Shown here: positions 1 to 11,500 of the stretch, piece by piece | Layout of the letters: each line of letters begins with the position of its first letter | How positions within the stretch are numbered: position 1 is the first letter of the stretch | Assembly (NCBI GenBank): GCA_965216875.1 | Contig: OZ244207.1 | Coordinates: 6,816,001-6,880,000, forward strand | Direction of reading: 5' to 3' | Source: Rubripirellula sp. | Lineage (GTDB): Bacteria > Planctomycetota > Planctomycetia > Pirellulales > Pirellulaceae | DNA length: 64,000 nt | Made by a program: the position numbers and the translations under genes | Notes under the pieces: model-generated | What the model saw: the letters and a program-made list of their open reading frames with translations, nothing else | What the model was told of the DNA's origin: nothing | Database searches by the model: none

Positions 1-1424
1 TTCTTGGTGGTGGCCCCGGTGGTTATGCTGCCGCATTCCTTGCCGCTGACGAAGGTCTTGAAGTCACCATTGTCGAGGCCGAACCGCGATTAGGCGGTAC
101 CTGCTTGCTTCGCGGTTGCATCCCCAGCAAAGCACTTCTGCATGTCGCAAAAGTGATCAGCGAAGTCGACGAGCTTCGCGCCGATTGGGGTGTCGTCTAC
201 GACGAAAAACCGAGGATCGACATCGACAAGGTGCGAGCTCGCAAGGACAAGGTCATTTCGAATTTGACCGGCGGCCTTGGACAGCTTGCCAAACGTCGGA
301 ACGTCACGGTGATTCAAGCTCGTGGCACCTTTCTCAATTCGACCACGATCCAGCTCGAGTGTGATCACGATTCGATTCCCGAAGGCGGACAGCTGACCTT
401 TGATCACTGCATCTTGGCAACCGGCAGCGTCCCTGCGATGCCGCCAGCGTTTGACATCGGCAGCGATCGAGTGATGGACAGCACCGGTGCTCTTGAGCTG
501 AAAGACATTCCCGAATCGATGTTGGTTGTCGGTGGCGGGTACATCGGCTTGGAAATGGGATCTGTTTACGCTCACCTCGGAACCAAGGTCACCGTCGTCG
601 AGTTGATGGACGGCTTGCTGCCCGGTGCCGACCGCGATTTGGTCAAGCCGTTGGCAAAGAAGATCGACCAGATGTGCGAAGGCCGCGTGTTGCTCAACAC
701 CAAGGTCGGCACGTTGACCGAAGTGGGCGACAAGGTCGAGGTTACTTTTGAAGGCCCTGGCAAGTTTGGGCACGAGCAATTCGATCGGGTCCTCGTCAGT
801 ATTGGTCGTCGGCCTGTGACGCGCGGGCTTGGTTTGGAAAACACCAAGGTCGAAGTGAATGACCGCGGATTTGTTGTCTGCGATTCACAGCAGCGGACTG
901 CCGACCCGCATATCCTCGCCATCGGTGATGTCGCTGGTGACCCGATGCTCGCCCACAAAGCGACTCACGAAGGTCGTGTCGCCGCCGAAGTGTTGGCAGG
1001 GAAACCATCGGTGTTTGATAAGGCAGCCATCCCCGCGGTGGTCTTTACCGATCCCGAAATCGCTTGGGCGGGGATCACCGAAGACGAAGCGAAGCAGCAA
1101 GGCCGCAAAGTCGATGTGGAAGTTTATCCTTGGGCGGCCAGTGGTCGTGCTCAAGCGTTGGGCATCACCAATGGTTTGACCAAGTGGTTGGTCGATCCGG
1201 AAACCAACCGCGTTCTCGGCTGTGGCATCGTCGGCAGCGGTGCCGGCGAACTGATCGCAGAAGCGGTGTTGGCGATCGAAATGGGATGCGAAGTCCACGA
1301 CATCACCGACAGCGTCCACCCTCACCCGACACTCAGCGAAACGCTGATGAACGCCGGCGAGGTTCACTACGGGACGGCAACCGAAATCTTCAAGCCCAAG
1401 AAGAAGCCAGCGGCAACCTCCTGA
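1..1424 (+). CDS. lpdA: Dihydrolipoamide dehydrogenase (E3), 5'-truncated by window edge
   Basis: Frame open from base 3: [11 protein letters not shown] motif, [13 protein letters not shown] redox disulfide, [12 protein letters not shown] motif, C-terminal HPHPTLSE. Confidence 0.97.
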   Translation, partial: LGGGPGGYAAAFLAADEGLEVTIVEAEPRLGGTCLLRGCIPSKALLHVAKVISEVDELRADWGVVYDEKPRIDIDKVRARKDKVISNLTGGLGQLAKRRNVTVIQARGTFLNSTTIQLECDHDSIPEGGQLTFDHCILATGSVPAMPPAFDIGSDRVMDSTGALELKDIPESMLVVGGGYIGLEMGSVYAHLGTKVTVVELMDGLLPGADRDLVKPLAKKIDQMCEGRVLLNTKVGTLTEVGDKVEVTFEGPGKFGHEQFDRVLVSIGRRPVTRGLGLENTKVEVNDRGFVVCDSQQRTADPHILAIGDVAGDPMLAHKATHEGRVAAEVLAGKPSVFDKAAIPAVVFTDPEIAWAGITEDEAKQQGRKVDVEVYPWAASGRAQALGITNGLTKWLVDPETNRVLGCGIVGSGAGELIAEAVLAIEMGCEVHDITDSVHPHPTLSETLMNAGEVHYGTATEIFKPKKKPAATS

Positions 1425-1526
1425 GCCTCGTTACCCCGCTCCGCGTGTAACGCACTCTTTGGACGCTCCGCGTCCTCTTCGTAGGTCATGCTCCCCATGA
1501 CGGGCGCTGGTGTTCGTGTGATTGAG

Positions 1527-1614
1527 TGTAAGGCCCGACGCTAGCGCGTTCGGCTCATTGGTATCTCGTCGCGCCGGCTCTGTAGGGCCCGACGCTAGCG
1601 CGTTCGGCTCATTT
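1527..1614. repeat. Two tandem REP-like units (tgta[a/g]ggcccgacgctagcgcgttcggctcatt), period 54
   Basis: Near-identical ~34-bp copies at 1527-1560 and 1581-1614, intergenic, internally palindromic. Confidence 0.85.
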
Positions 1615-1889
1615 GTGAGCGGCATGGGGCGATCCGCCGGCGGCCACGTAAGCTCCGCGGGAGCGTCGCCCTCCCAAACGCTCGTCGCCCCCCCTCCCAA
1701 ACGCGTTTCGCCGTCCTCTTTGGGCGTCTCCTTCCCCGGCTTCGGTCTGTGTTTTCCGGTCGTGCCGCTTGTGACGGTCGATCTTTCTGGGACTTGTGGT
1801 CGACCGGAGCACGCTTCGCTCGCGGCGCGGCAAACCGCGACGTACGTTTTGTTGTTGAAACATCACGGTTCGTCCATCGGTCTGCACGC

Positions 1890-2816
1890 ATGCTGCCTAC
1901 ATCCAATTCATCCGTCACTCCCGCAGTTCCCGTGGTCGTGGTTGGCGGAACGACGTCGCAAGAGCAGCCTCAAGAGCAGCCCAATTCCACTGCTCCGAAG
2001 CAGGAGGGGCCGAAGCATCAAGTTCCGGCGCTCGAGCGGGTCGAGGTCTGGAACCTGCCCTTCGACCGAGTCACGATGGACCAAGCAGTCGATCAAGTGG
2101 AGCATTTGATCGAGCGCGGCGATCCGAGCTATGTGATCACCGCAAACCTCAACTACGTGATGCTGCACAACCGCAACGCGGCGATGCATCCGGTCAGTGA
2201 TGACGCTGCTTTGATTCTGGCCGACGGCCATCCAATCGTCGCACGCAGTCGGCTCGGCAAACAACCGTTGCCTCAGCGTGTTGCTGGCAGTGAAATGATC
2301 TACCACCTTGCCCAGCGCGCGGTCTCACGCGGTTGGGGGATCTACTTTCTTGGTGGTGAACCGGGCGTAGCCGCGAAGTGTGCCCAGGCACTCTCACGCG
2401 AGTATCCCGGGTTGAAGATCGCCGGTGTCGAATCACCACCCTTTCGCGAATTGAGCGAGCAAGAAAAGAAAGAGCAAGCGGATCGCATCCAACAATCCGG
2501 TGCGAGCTTGTTGTTGGTCGCCTTCGGACAACCCAAGGGCGAGCAATGGATTCACGAGCACTACCAGGATCTCGGTGTGCCGGTCAGCATTCAGCTGGGC
2601 GCATCCTTTGACTTCATCGCGGGAACGGCCAAGCGAGCACCGAAGTTCTGGCAACGCGTGGGTCTGGAATGGCTCTACCGTATGTTCTCCAATCCGCGCC
2701 GGCTCGCACCGCGCTACGCGGCAAACGCCTGGTTCCTGATCGGCGCGTTGGTCGAAGACTGGAAACGCCAGGTCACTCGCTGGGGAATGGGCCAGTGGGT
2801 CGACGAGAAACGCTGA
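1890..2816 (+). CDS. WecB/TagA/CpsF family glycosyltransferase
   Basis: VITANLNY, LILADG, RVAGSE, VAFGQPKGE, GASFDF, RAPKFWQRVGLEWLYR motifs; start ATG 1890 chosen over upstream GTG 1749. Confidence 0.93.
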   Translation: MLPTSNSSVTPAVPVVVVGGTTSQEQPQEQPNSTAPKQEGPKHQVPALERVEVWNLPFDRVTMDQAVDQVEHLIERGDPSYVITANLNYVMLHNRNAAMHPVSDDAALILADGHPIVARSRLGKQPLPQRVAGSEMIYHLAQRAVSRGWGIYFLGGEPGVAAKCAQALSREYPGLKIAGVESPPFRELSEQEKKEQADRIQQSGASLLLVAFGQPKGEQWIHEHYQDLGVPVSIQLGASFDFIAGTAKRAPKFWQRVGLEWLYRMFSNPRRLAPRYAANAWFLIGALVEDWKRQVTRWGMGQWVDEKR

Positions 2817-2962
2817 TCGATCGGGCCAGTGTGTCCACAAGAGGCCGACCCCTTTTCAATGATTCGGCCAGGTCGTCGGCAATGCGAACAGCGAGTGAGT
2901 TGTTATCATGACGCTCCGAAATCACCATCGCTGTTTCTTCTCGCGACATTTGAATTGCCGAA

Positions 2963-4114
2963 GTGACTGATCGTCCCCTGATCATTTTGACCCTTGAAGG
3001 TTTGGCGACATCCGCCATCAGTTGTTACGGGTCCTCTTGGAACGCTACACCTGCGCTCGACATGGTCGCTGCCAGTGGCGCGGTGTGGGATCGATGGATT
3101 GCGACCACCGATCATTCGCCCGACATGGTGCGAGATTGGATCGAGCACGAAAACGGTCGTCTTACTCGTCGATGGCGCGAGCTCGGCGATGCCGACTTGA
3201 TCACGGACGATGATCGCTTGGCTGGTGAGGTCGCTCAGTCGGCGTTTGATCACATCGTTGTTGTTGACGAGTTGCCTTGCGATCAGACAACGAGTCCGGC
3301 CGAAGAGATTGATCAAACACAGTTTGCCGAACTGATTGCGGCAGCGGTTGAGAATGATGCACGCGGCCAGTGGAGTCTGATGTGGTTGCACAGTTCCTTT
3401 CTTGCCCGTCGCTGGGACGCACCGCGTGAACTGTTTCCGATCGATGAGGTCGAGCTTGATGACATGACGCCGAGCGAAGATCCCGAACTGATCGACTTGC
3501 CGGGCGATGATGCTGAGATTGAAGTCGTGCCGCCGATTTTCGACTCCGTCCTCCCGCCGGCCATCATCGACGAGGATCCTCATCCCGATTTGGCGACGTC
3601 TTGGATGCGGACGTACGGCTGTCAGGTTCGACTTGTCGACCTGTTGATCGAAGTCCTTCTGCAGTCGATCACGGTCGAAGACCCTCAAATCGTTGTGGTT
3701 GGAACCAGCGGGATGAACCTGGGGCAAAACGGATGTATCGGTCACGGGTTGGGACCGCTGCGTAGCAACGACGTCCGATTGCCACTCATTGTCAGTGACT
3801 GTGGCCCCATTCGTTCGCACCGCCTGACACCGTCGAGTGCGTTTCCCGATTTGGTCGATCGTTTGGCTCAAGAGAATCCGGCCATCGTGACGCCAGAAGA
3901 TTGGACGGCTTCGGACGGCGAAGTCTCACCTTGCGTCAAAACCGAGTCGAATCGGGCCGAGTTAGCGCTGACCACATCGGCTTGGAGCTTCGTGGTCGAC
4001 GAGGATGAATCAGAGCATCTCTTCCTGAAGCCTGACGACGTCGAAGACGCCAACGATGTCGCCCGCCTAAGAGGCGATGTGATCGAGCAACTGAAAGAAC
4101 TGGTTGATCGGTAA
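2963..4114 (+). CDS. Alkaline phosphatase/sulfatase-fold protein lacking the CxPxR motif
   Basis: ISCYGSSWNATPALD N-terminus, VRLPLIV, HLFLKPDD..DAND C-terminus resemble sulfatases; no formylglycine motif. Confidence 0.6.
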   Translation: MTDRPLIILTLEGLATSAISCYGSSWNATPALDMVAASGAVWDRWIATTDHSPDMVRDWIEHENGRLTRRWRELGDADLITDDDRLAGEVAQSAFDHIVVVDELPCDQTTSPAEEIDQTQFAELIAAAVENDARGQWSLMWLHSSFLARRWDAPRELFPIDEVELDDMTPSEDPELIDLPGDDAEIEVVPPIFDSVLPPAIIDEDPHPDLATSWMRTYGCQVRLVDLLIEVLLQSITVEDPQIVVVGTSGMNLGQNGCIGHGLGPLRSNDVRLPLIVSDCGPIRSHRLTPSSAFPDLVDRLAQENPAIVTPEDWTASDGEVSPCVKTESNRAELALTTSAWSFVVDEDESEHLFLKPDDVEDANDVARLRGDVIEQLKELVDR

Positions 4115-4135
4115 GTAAACGTGCGCTCCAACAAT

Positions 4136-4242
4136 CACCCTCCCGCTTGCGGGAGGGGCGGACGTAAAGTCCGGGGAGGGAATGAACGATGCAAACAAGA
4201 CCCTCTCCGGGCCTTAGAGCCCGACTCTCCCAAGGGAGAGTG
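4136..4242. repeat. Composite REP palindrome (ccctcccgc/gcgggaggg ... actctccc/gggagagt)
   Basis: Four nested hairpins in inverted arrangement between convergent genes. Confidence 0.75.
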
Positions 4243-4305
4243 TTTTTAAAACTCGCGTAGTTCCAGCAATCACCCGCTTGCTTATTGCATTAACGCTCAC
4301 GACAC

Positions 4306-4331
4306 AAAAAACCCCGCCGGTGAAGGCGGGG
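4306..4331 (-). terminator. Intrinsic terminator of the Cys-rich protein gene
   Basis: ccccgcc/ggcgggg stem followed by T6 on minus strand, 33 bp after stop. Confidence 0.8.
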
Positions 4332-4363
4332 CGAATGATTCAACAGCGATCAAGACTCAGAAA

Positions 4364-4960
4364 CTACTGAGCGTTTTGATCTGGAGTTGGCAGTGGAGGA
4401 TTGTCGCTGCTGCTAGGTGCAGCGGCTTCCACTGGAGCAGCTTCGGTGACAACGGTCGAGCCAGCGCAGTTGCTGCAGCCCGAGCCCGTTGCGATCACGC
4501 TTTCGCCACTGCAACCGCCGCACGCAGGTGCGGGAGCTTCGCAGCAAGACGACTTCTTCTTGCAACCGCCGAACAACTTGCAACGCTTCTTTGGTGCACA
4601 GCAAGGTTCTGGAGCGGCTTCGCAGCAAGGTGCTGGTGCAGCTTCACAGGGTGCGGCAGCTTCGCAAGGAGCGGCACAAGGAGCAGGTGCTGCTTCGCAT
4701 GGAGCGGCACAAGGAGCTGGCTCGCAGCACGAAGGAGCTGGTTCGCAGCAGTTGCGCTTTGCTTTCAAGCGAGCGAACAGGCCGCAGCTCTTCTTTGGTG
4801 CACAGCAGTCGTTAGCGAGCAATCCGCCGCCACAACGCTTAGCGCGAAGCTTCGAGAACAATCCACCTCCGCAGTTTCCTGCTTCAGCAACGTCAGTTAC
4901 GAGTGCCGCACCAATAAACAGCGCGAACGCGGCAACGCCGCTCACCACAGTCCGATTCAT
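4364..4960 (-). CDS. Secreted Cys/Pro/Ala-rich repeat protein (198 aa, ~26 Cys)
   Basis: ATG 4960 with GGAGAA RBS, signal peptide ending AEA|G, GLFxxLxAKR and CEAAPAPC repeats, own terminator. Confidence 0.85.
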   Translation of the reverse strand: MNRTVVSGVAAFALFIGAALVTDVAEAGNCGGGLFSKLRAKRCGGGLLANDCCAPKKSCGLFARLKAKRNCCEPAPSCCEPAPCAAPCEAAPAPCAAPCEAAAPCEAAPAPCCEAAPEPCCAPKKRCKLFGGCKKKSSCCEAPAPACGGCSGESVIATGSGCSNCAGSTVVTEAAPVEAAAPSSSDNPPLPTPDQNAQ

Positions 4961-5162
4961 CGAATTCTCCCAAGAGTTTCGGAGTGTTTGGTGCGATCCG
5001 AGTTCGCACATCAGGTTGACGAGCCCTATTCCTGGGGCCCCACGTGTCTTGTCGAGCCAATCGGAACCTCCCGATTTTCAGCTCGAACCCCACTGCGACT
5101 CGAAAAACCACGCAAGCTGGAAAGCCTGGGCTGTTTTTGCGGGTCACGCAATTTCGACGCAT

Positions 5163-5190
5163 AGGGTAAGGGCCGGGAGATTGGTGTCAA
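5163..5190 (-). promoter_or_regulatory. Putative sigma-70 promoter TTGACA-N16-TACCCT
   Basis: Perfect -35, 16-bp spacer, TAxxxT -10, ~200 bp upstream of the Cys-rich gene. Confidence 0.5.
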
Positions 5191-5268
5191 TCGGCCCTGT
5201 GAACAAATTCACCTGCCCCGGCGAGGTTTTTTTGAGCTGGCATTTCGAACGGGGCCGCCCAGAAATAG

Positions 5269-5291
5269 AAAAAGCCCGCCATTGGCGGGCT
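5269..5291 (-). terminator. Intrinsic terminator
   Basis: agcccgcc/ggcgggct stem plus T-tract on minus strand, downstream of lipoprotein gene. Confidence 0.75.
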
Positions 5292-5355
5292 CGTGGTTGT
5301 TGCGGCTTGATAGGGGAGTTTAGATTCCCCTTCGTTGACGGGCGTCGATTGTCGC

Positions 5356-5934
5356 CTAACGTACCGATCCAGCGGGGGCTGCGGCAGCTTGGCTCGATTT
5401 TGATCCCGATTCTGTCTCCGAACCGGTCGTTCCGAACATCTGAGCCATCATCTCGGCATTCTCGAAATCCATGATGATCGGCTCGGCGTCCTCTTCGAGC
5501 TGCATCGCCAATCCCGAGATTCGCCAACCGACCGATTCTTTCTCGACAGCCCAGACGACTTGGAATTCATCGCGGCCGCCTTCGGCCTTGGGTTCGCTCC
5601 AAATGCTGTGGACCAGCGCCGATCCTTCTTCGACCGCTTCGGCTCGCGTCACTTCGAAAGCGGCGTCGGGCGAACCAATCGGCTGAATCGAGCGGCCGAT
5701 ACGGGCAAGTTCCTGGCGTGCACGTTCGGTCAATAGCTGACCGGCACCCGAGTCTTCGCCACCACGACGGACTTGGTCGAGGAATTGGCTGACCACATCG
5801 GTGGGCGATGGATGGGCAGCGGCGGTTTGGGAGGTTGTTTGGGCCGACACGGGAGTCTCTGCGACTTCGGTCTTGCCACAGCCCATGTAGGTGAGCAGGG
5901 AAACGAGAGCGATAGCGTGGAGGATTCGGGTCAT
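5356..5934 (-). CDS. Putative lipoprotein, hypothetical
   Basis: Hydrophobic signal with lipobox-like YMGC; GWRISG motif. Confidence 0.75.
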   Translation of the reverse strand: MTRILHAIALVSLLTYMGCGKTEVAETPVSAQTTSQTAAAHPSPTDVVSQFLDQVRRGGEDSGAGQLLTERARQELARIGRSIQPIGSPDAAFEVTRAEAVEEGSALVHSIWSEPKAEGGRDEFQVVWAVEKESVGWRISGLAMQLEEDAEPIIMDFENAEMMAQMFGTTGSETESGSKSSQAAAAPAGSVR

Positions 5935-6308
5935 TTTTCTGGCGGCGTTGGAGTGTCCGAGGCAATGGAAATTGCAGCAGTAGCATGGGGGTGTAGAAAA
6001 ACTGGGAGATTCGAGTCAAGAGAGAACCCGAGCCAGCGAATCGTCCCCCAATCGGCAAAGGATTCACCTATCGCCTGAGAGCTCTTTGTTTCACAATGTC
6101 TGCCGCCCAGGCCAGGGCGATTGGGACGCACCAGCAGCGGCGGCCTGTCGCGAGCCCCGAAAGAATGGGCCCTGATAATGGCCCCTGGTTAGTGGGCAAG
6201 GCGCAAGCGAAGCATCAAGACGGACGATTTTGAGGTGGGGCGAGGTTTGTCGATTTCGATCTTCCGACACGAACGATCCGATTCGATAGCCAATCAAGAG
6301 AACAACTA

Positions 6309-6932
6309 ATGGGAACTGATCAGAGCGTCATTCTGGTAGACGGCCAACGCGTTGATTTGCGAAACCGGTTTTTGGCCGCGTTTTTGGCTTGGCTGTGGCC
6401 GGGGGCTGGTCATTTCTATCAAGGTCGCCGCACCAAGGGCTGGCTCTTCTCGATCTGCATCCTATCCACATGGGTGCTTGGATTCGTGCTCGGTGGTGGT
6501 CACGTCGTCTATGCCTCTTGGCAACCAGGTGACAAACGCTGGCATTTCTTCTTGCAAGCTGGCGTCGGCGCTCCCGCTTTGCCCGCATTGATTCAAGGCA
6601 ATCACATGCGCAAGAGCACCCATCATGGCGAGACGGATGTCAACTACGAACCTTACTTCTGGGGATTCATGGCGCCACCTTTTCGACCTGTCGAAGAACG
6701 CGCGCCCGATGAGGTTGCGGCTTGGTACGCGCGATTTGGTGCCGGCTATGAAATGGGAACTTGGTACACGGTGATCGCCGGGCTGTTAAACATCCTCGTG
6801 ATCTACGACGCCTACGGAGGCCCGCTGGCTGTTCCCATCAGCGGACGCAAGAAAGAGGAGGAATCAGACGCCGAAGCGGCGGATGACAAAAAAGAACCAG
6901 ACGAGGAAGCGAGCGACGCTCCCGATGGCTGA
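6309..6932 (+). CDS. DUF6677-like membrane protein
   Basis: AAFLAWLWPGAGHFYQGR and GTWYTVIAGLLNILVIYDA motifs, several TM segments. Confidence 0.75.
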   Translation: MGTDQSVILVDGQRVDLRNRFLAAFLAWLWPGAGHFYQGRRTKGWLFSICILSTWVLGFVLGGGHVVYASWQPGDKRWHFFLQAGVGAPALPALIQGNHMRKSTHHGETDVNYEPYFWGFMAPPFRPVEERAPDEVAAWYARFGAGYEMGTWYTVIAGLLNILVIYDAYGGPLAVPISGRKKEEESDAEAADDKKEPDEEASDAPDG

Positions 6933-6999
6933 CGGCGGACCGCGCCGTATGTGTCGTTCCTCGAAGTGCTGTTTGAGCTGATTCCTCAAAGAAAATCCA

Positions 7000-7191
7000 A
7001 TGATCTCCATTTCTCCGACCTACCTGCTCTTCTATCTCCCGTTGATCGTCTCGATCGCGTTGGTCTTTGGCGCAACGCGTCACGAGGACACGACGCTGAT
7101 TCTCCAGCATTCGTGGTACACCGCACGCTGGATCACCAGCTTCATGGGAATCATCTTCATAGTATTGTGTGTATTGAGCTGGCTGGCATGA
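7000..7191 (+). CDS. Small two-TM membrane protein
   Basis: 63 aa, two hydrophobic helices around LVFGATRHED; same-strand position between DUF6677-like gene and trkA. Confidence 0.7.
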   Translation: MISISPTYLLFYLPLIVSIALVFGATRHEDTTLILQHSWYTARWITSFMGIIFIVLCVLSWLA

Positions 7192-7246
7192 CCAGCCTTT
7201 CATCCACAACACTTCGCAGGCTTGGTCGGCAACAGCGACGTAACAG

Positions 7247-8596
7247 ATGCGCGTTTTAACTCTTGGTGGCGGAACCGTTGGTCGGTGGATCGCCGACATG
7301 CTTTGCCGCAGACGGCATAGCGTGACGGTCATCGATAATGATGCCGACAATGTTCGACGCATCAATTCGGAACTCGATGTCCGTGCGATTCAGGGAAGTG
7401 CCTCGCGCAGTACCGTTCTTTTTCAGGCGGACGTTTGTGCCGCCGATATGTGTTTGGCGGTCACCGGCGACGACGAAGTCAACATCGTCGCCGCGAGCAT
7501 GGCCAAAGCACTGGGCGCTCGTCGCAGCATCGCGCGTGTTTATGCGCCGGCGTTTCGAGACCTCAGCACCTTCGACTACCAACAACACTTCAACATCGAC
7601 AGTTTGCTCAGTCTTGAGCAGCTTTCGGCGTTTGAACTCGCTCGCGCGATTCGCAATCCTGATTCCATCCCGCTCGAACACTTCGCTCGCGGTCAACTCG
7701 AAGTTTACGAGATGGAGGTCAGCGCCAAGTCTGCCGCGGGTGGACACAGGTTGTTGGATCTCAAGCTGCCCAAATCGGTACGTGTCGGATCGATTGCACG
7801 CGAAGGCAGGATGTGGATCGCCAGTGGGCAAGACGAAATCCATGCTGGCGACCGCGTTAGTTTGATCGGGATGTCCGACGGTGTTGCGAAAGCACGTGCC
7901 ATGTTTGGAGCGACGGGCATCAGCAAAGCACGTGGACGCGTCATGATCGCTGGCGGTGGCGAAACCGGTTACCACCTTGCCGATTCGCTGAGTCCGCATG
8001 ACTATCGAACGGTGTTGCTCGAACGCGATGCCGATCGCTGTCAGCAACTTGCAAAGTTATTGCCCGATGTGACGGTCATCCACGCCAACGCAAATCGCCG
8101 CAGCATCCTCGAAGACGAGGGCGGTGGCACCGTCGACTACTTTGTAGCCTGCACTGGTAACGACGAAAGCAACATCATGGCTGGTGTCGAAGCTCGCGAA
8201 CTGGGCGCTTCTCGCGTGATGTGTGTTGTGGGACGACCCGACTATGCGAATGTGGTTGGCAAACTTGGTATTGATCATGCCGTCAGCGGTCGCGATGTCG
8301 TCGCTCGCCAGATACTGGGCTTTTTGAACGAAGGCGCCGTGATCAGTAAGAGCCGGTTGCCAAACGGAGCCATCGGGATCTACGAACTTGAAGTGCTCGA
8401 GGGCACGCGCGTGACCGACGCGACGCTCGCGGAACTTCCCCTGGCAGGCCGATGTTTGATCGCTGCGATTCAACGTGACGGGTTCGTGCGCGTTCCGACC
8501 GCCGAGGATCGGCTGCAACAAGGTGATGTCGTTGTCGCATTGATGGACCAATCAGCGGCCGAAGATTGTTTGGCATTGTTTAATCATCCATCGTGA
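7247..8596 (+). CDS. trkA: Trk potassium transport NAD-binding subunit TrkA
   Basis: Two RCK units: LGGGTVG...AVTGDDEVN and IAGGGETG...ACTGNDESN; 449 aa. Confidence 0.92.
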   Translation: MRVLTLGGGTVGRWIADMLCRRRHSVTVIDNDADNVRRINSELDVRAIQGSASRSTVLFQADVCAADMCLAVTGDDEVNIVAASMAKALGARRSIARVYAPAFRDLSTFDYQQHFNIDSLLSLEQLSAFELARAIRNPDSIPLEHFARGQLEVYEMEVSAKSAAGGHRLLDLKLPKSVRVGSIAREGRMWIASGQDEIHAGDRVSLIGMSDGVAKARAMFGATGISKARGRVMIAGGGETGYHLADSLSPHDYRTVLLERDADRCQQLAKLLPDVTVIHANANRRSILEDEGGGTVDYFVACTGNDESNIMAGVEARELGASRVMCVVGRPDYANVVGKLGIDHAVSGRDVVARQILGFLNEGAVISKSRLPNGAIGIYELEVLEGTRVTDATLAELPLAGRCLIAAIQRDGFVRVPTAEDRLQQGDVVVALMDQSAAEDCLALFNHPS

Positions 8597-11500
8597 CTGA
8601 CGCGTCCTCACAAACCAGGGTCCCCGACGATTCGCCATCGAAACCATCGGCGGTCAAAGTATGGGCTGACGTTGGCGGCACGTTCACCGACTGCTTTGTG
8701 ATCGAGGCAAGCGGTGACGTGTCAGTGACGAAGACATTAAGTAGTGGCGTCACGCGCGCGACCATTGCCGAAACACGCGGCGAACGCGCGTTGGTCCTTG
8801 GTGACGATACTTTCGCCGACCTTCCGGATGGTTTTTGGAAAGGCGCTCATGTCGCGCTTGTTCAGGCTGATGGCTCGGCATCACCACTGGGCCGGGTCGA
8901 GGACTTCAGCGCAAGCGAAGGCCTCATCACGGTTGATCGCGATTTTGGACCCACGCACCCGAGTGCGCCAGCTCTGATCGAACTTGATGCGGCTATCGAA
9001 GCACCCGTTCTGGCGACGCATCGATTATTAGGCGTTCCAATTTCGGAAACGCTTCCCCAAGTAGATGTTCGGCTTGGCACAACGCGAGGCACGAACGCTC
9101 TTTTGACTCGAACGGGCGCAAAGACGGCGCTCTTGGTAACCAGCGGGTTTGGCGATGTTTTGCAGATTGGCCAACAGAATCGTCCTGACCTTTTTTCTTT
9201 GGCAATCAAGAAGCCATCGCCACTTGCCCATCAAGTCGTCGAAGTCGATGAGAGATTGGATGCTTCGGGCAAGGTGCTGAGACCGATTCAGCTTGATGCG
9301 ATCGAGACCTCACTTGAGGATTTGCGCAGTCAAGGGATCGATTCGCTAGCGATTTGTTTGCTGCATGCTCATGTCAACGACGTTCACGAACGTGCACTGT
9401 TGAAGTTGGCTACAAAGCTAGGCTGGAAGAACATCAGCCTGTCGAGTCAGGTTGCCCCGCTGATCAAGTTGGTCTCACGAAGCGCGACGACGACACTTGA
9501 TGCCTACCTCAACCCCATCCTTGATCAATACGTCAAACGCATCACAACTCAATTTGGTTGCGATCGTCCAGGTAGCCGTTTGCGATTGATGACCAGTGGT
9601 GGCAACCTCGTTGCCCCGGAAGCCTTTCGCGGTCGCGACAGCATCCTTTCGGGTCCGGCGGGAGGCGTGGTGGCACTGGCCGAAGTCGCCAAGTCGGCCG
9701 ATGTCCGTGGTGCAATCGGTTTGGACATGGGCGGCACGAGCACCGATGTCAGTCGTTTCGAAGGACGCATTGGCCGGCGGTATGAATCGACCGTGTCGGG
9801 TGTCCACGTGATGACACCAATGATGGACATTCATACTGTCGCAGCGGGCGGCGGTTCGATTTGTTCGTTCGAGGCTGGTCGACTTGCTGTGGGGCCAGCG
9901 AGCGCTGGTGCCGACCCCGGTCCAGCATGTTATGGACGCGGTGGTCCGCTCGCGGTGACCGACGTCAACCTTTTGCTTGGTCGTTTGCCGATCGATCGGT
10001 TTCCCTTTCAACTCGATCAAAAGGCTGCACGGTCACGGCTTGTCGAAATCGCTCGCAAGCAGAATGCGACGGCAAGTGATGTGGCGGCAAGTCATGATGC
10101 GGCGCGCGTCGGTGATCCAAACGATGACCAACTCGATCGACTTGCCGAAGGCTTCTTGCAAATCGCGATCACACACATGGCCGAAGCGGTCCGGACCGTG
10201 AGTACGGCCGAAGGATCCGATCCACGCAAAATGGCACTTGTGGGTTTCGGTGGCGCAGCCGGTCAGCATCTTTGCGGCGTCGCCAGCGCGTTGGGCATGA
10301 GCGAAGTCATCGATCACCCGCATGCAGGGATGTTGAGTGCGCTTGGTATGGGGCTGGCGAAAATCGGTCGTGTGGTGACCCGAGGTCTCTATCGACCGTT
10401 TGGTGCCGAAACGATCGAAACCATCAAACAGATAAAGGACGAACTCAAAGACGAAGCGGCAATTCAACTCGCACAGGAACAAAGCGAGTCGACTCCCCTG
10501 CCCTCTCCGGAGAACCCGCCCTCTCTTGAAAACAGCTCGCCCAAGTTTGCGTTTGAATGTGACCTGCGCTATGTCGGTACCGAATCGACGTTGGCTCTGG
10601 CGATCGACGACGTCGAAACGCTTGAACGACGTTTTCACAAGATGCACGAGCAGGTGTTTGGTTATGTCCAAAGTGATCGAGCGGTCGAATGCGTGTCGGT
10701 TCGCTGTGAGGCAACCTTGCCAGTCGATAGGCCAGGTTCGCTCGCGTTAGCGGAAGACGTCATTCATCCGCCGTCGACCATCAAGACCTACTTTGCGAGT
10801 GAATGGACCGAAGTTCCGGTGGTCGATCGAGTGACGCTGGATGTCGACCAACCCATCGTCGGACCAATGATGATCGTGAGCGACTATTCGACGTTGTTGG
10901 TGGAACCGGGATGGAGCGGTCGCGTGCTGGCCGACAAATCGATTCGCTTGCAACCCACATCGGACAAAACCGCATTGGGTCAGCCGAGCGTTAATGAGGA
11001 GTCAAATGTGGAAGCCTTGGTCGGAAACGATCCAGTGCTATTGGAAGTGGTTGCCAGGCGTTTGCAAGGCATCGCCGATGCGATGGGCGAAGTGCTGCGC
11101 AGGACCTCGGTCAGCGTAAACGTCAAGGAACGCCAAGATTACAGTTGCGCCGTTTTTCGAGGTGACGGATCACTCATCGCAAACGCGCCGCATGTACCGG
11201 TGCACTTGGGTGCGATGGGGCATACGGTCAAGCGGATGATGGAGGTTTACCCGACGATGTCGCCCGGGGACTGTTATCTGAGCAACGATCCGTACTCGGG
11301 CGGTTCGCATCTTCCCGACATCACCGCGGTGACGCCTGTCTTTTGCGACCCCACAAGAAAGGGAACGCCCGACTTCTTCGTTGCATCGCGCGCTCACCAT
11401 GCAGAAATTGGCGGTCGAACGCCCGGGTCCATGCCCCCAGACGCCACTTGCTTGGCCGAAGAAGGCGTTCTGATTCGGGACTTTGCGTTGGTTCGAGAGG

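Noticed and set aside
1431..2109. ORFs 1431-1700 (-) and 1522-2109 (+)
   Set aside because: Repeated peptide motifs (EPNALASG, PDASAFGS) arise from translating REP repeats
4376..5474. Plus-strand ORFs 4376-5164 and 4401-5474
   Set aside because: Antisense shadows of the repetitive Cys-rich gene, which has the RBS, signal peptide and terminator
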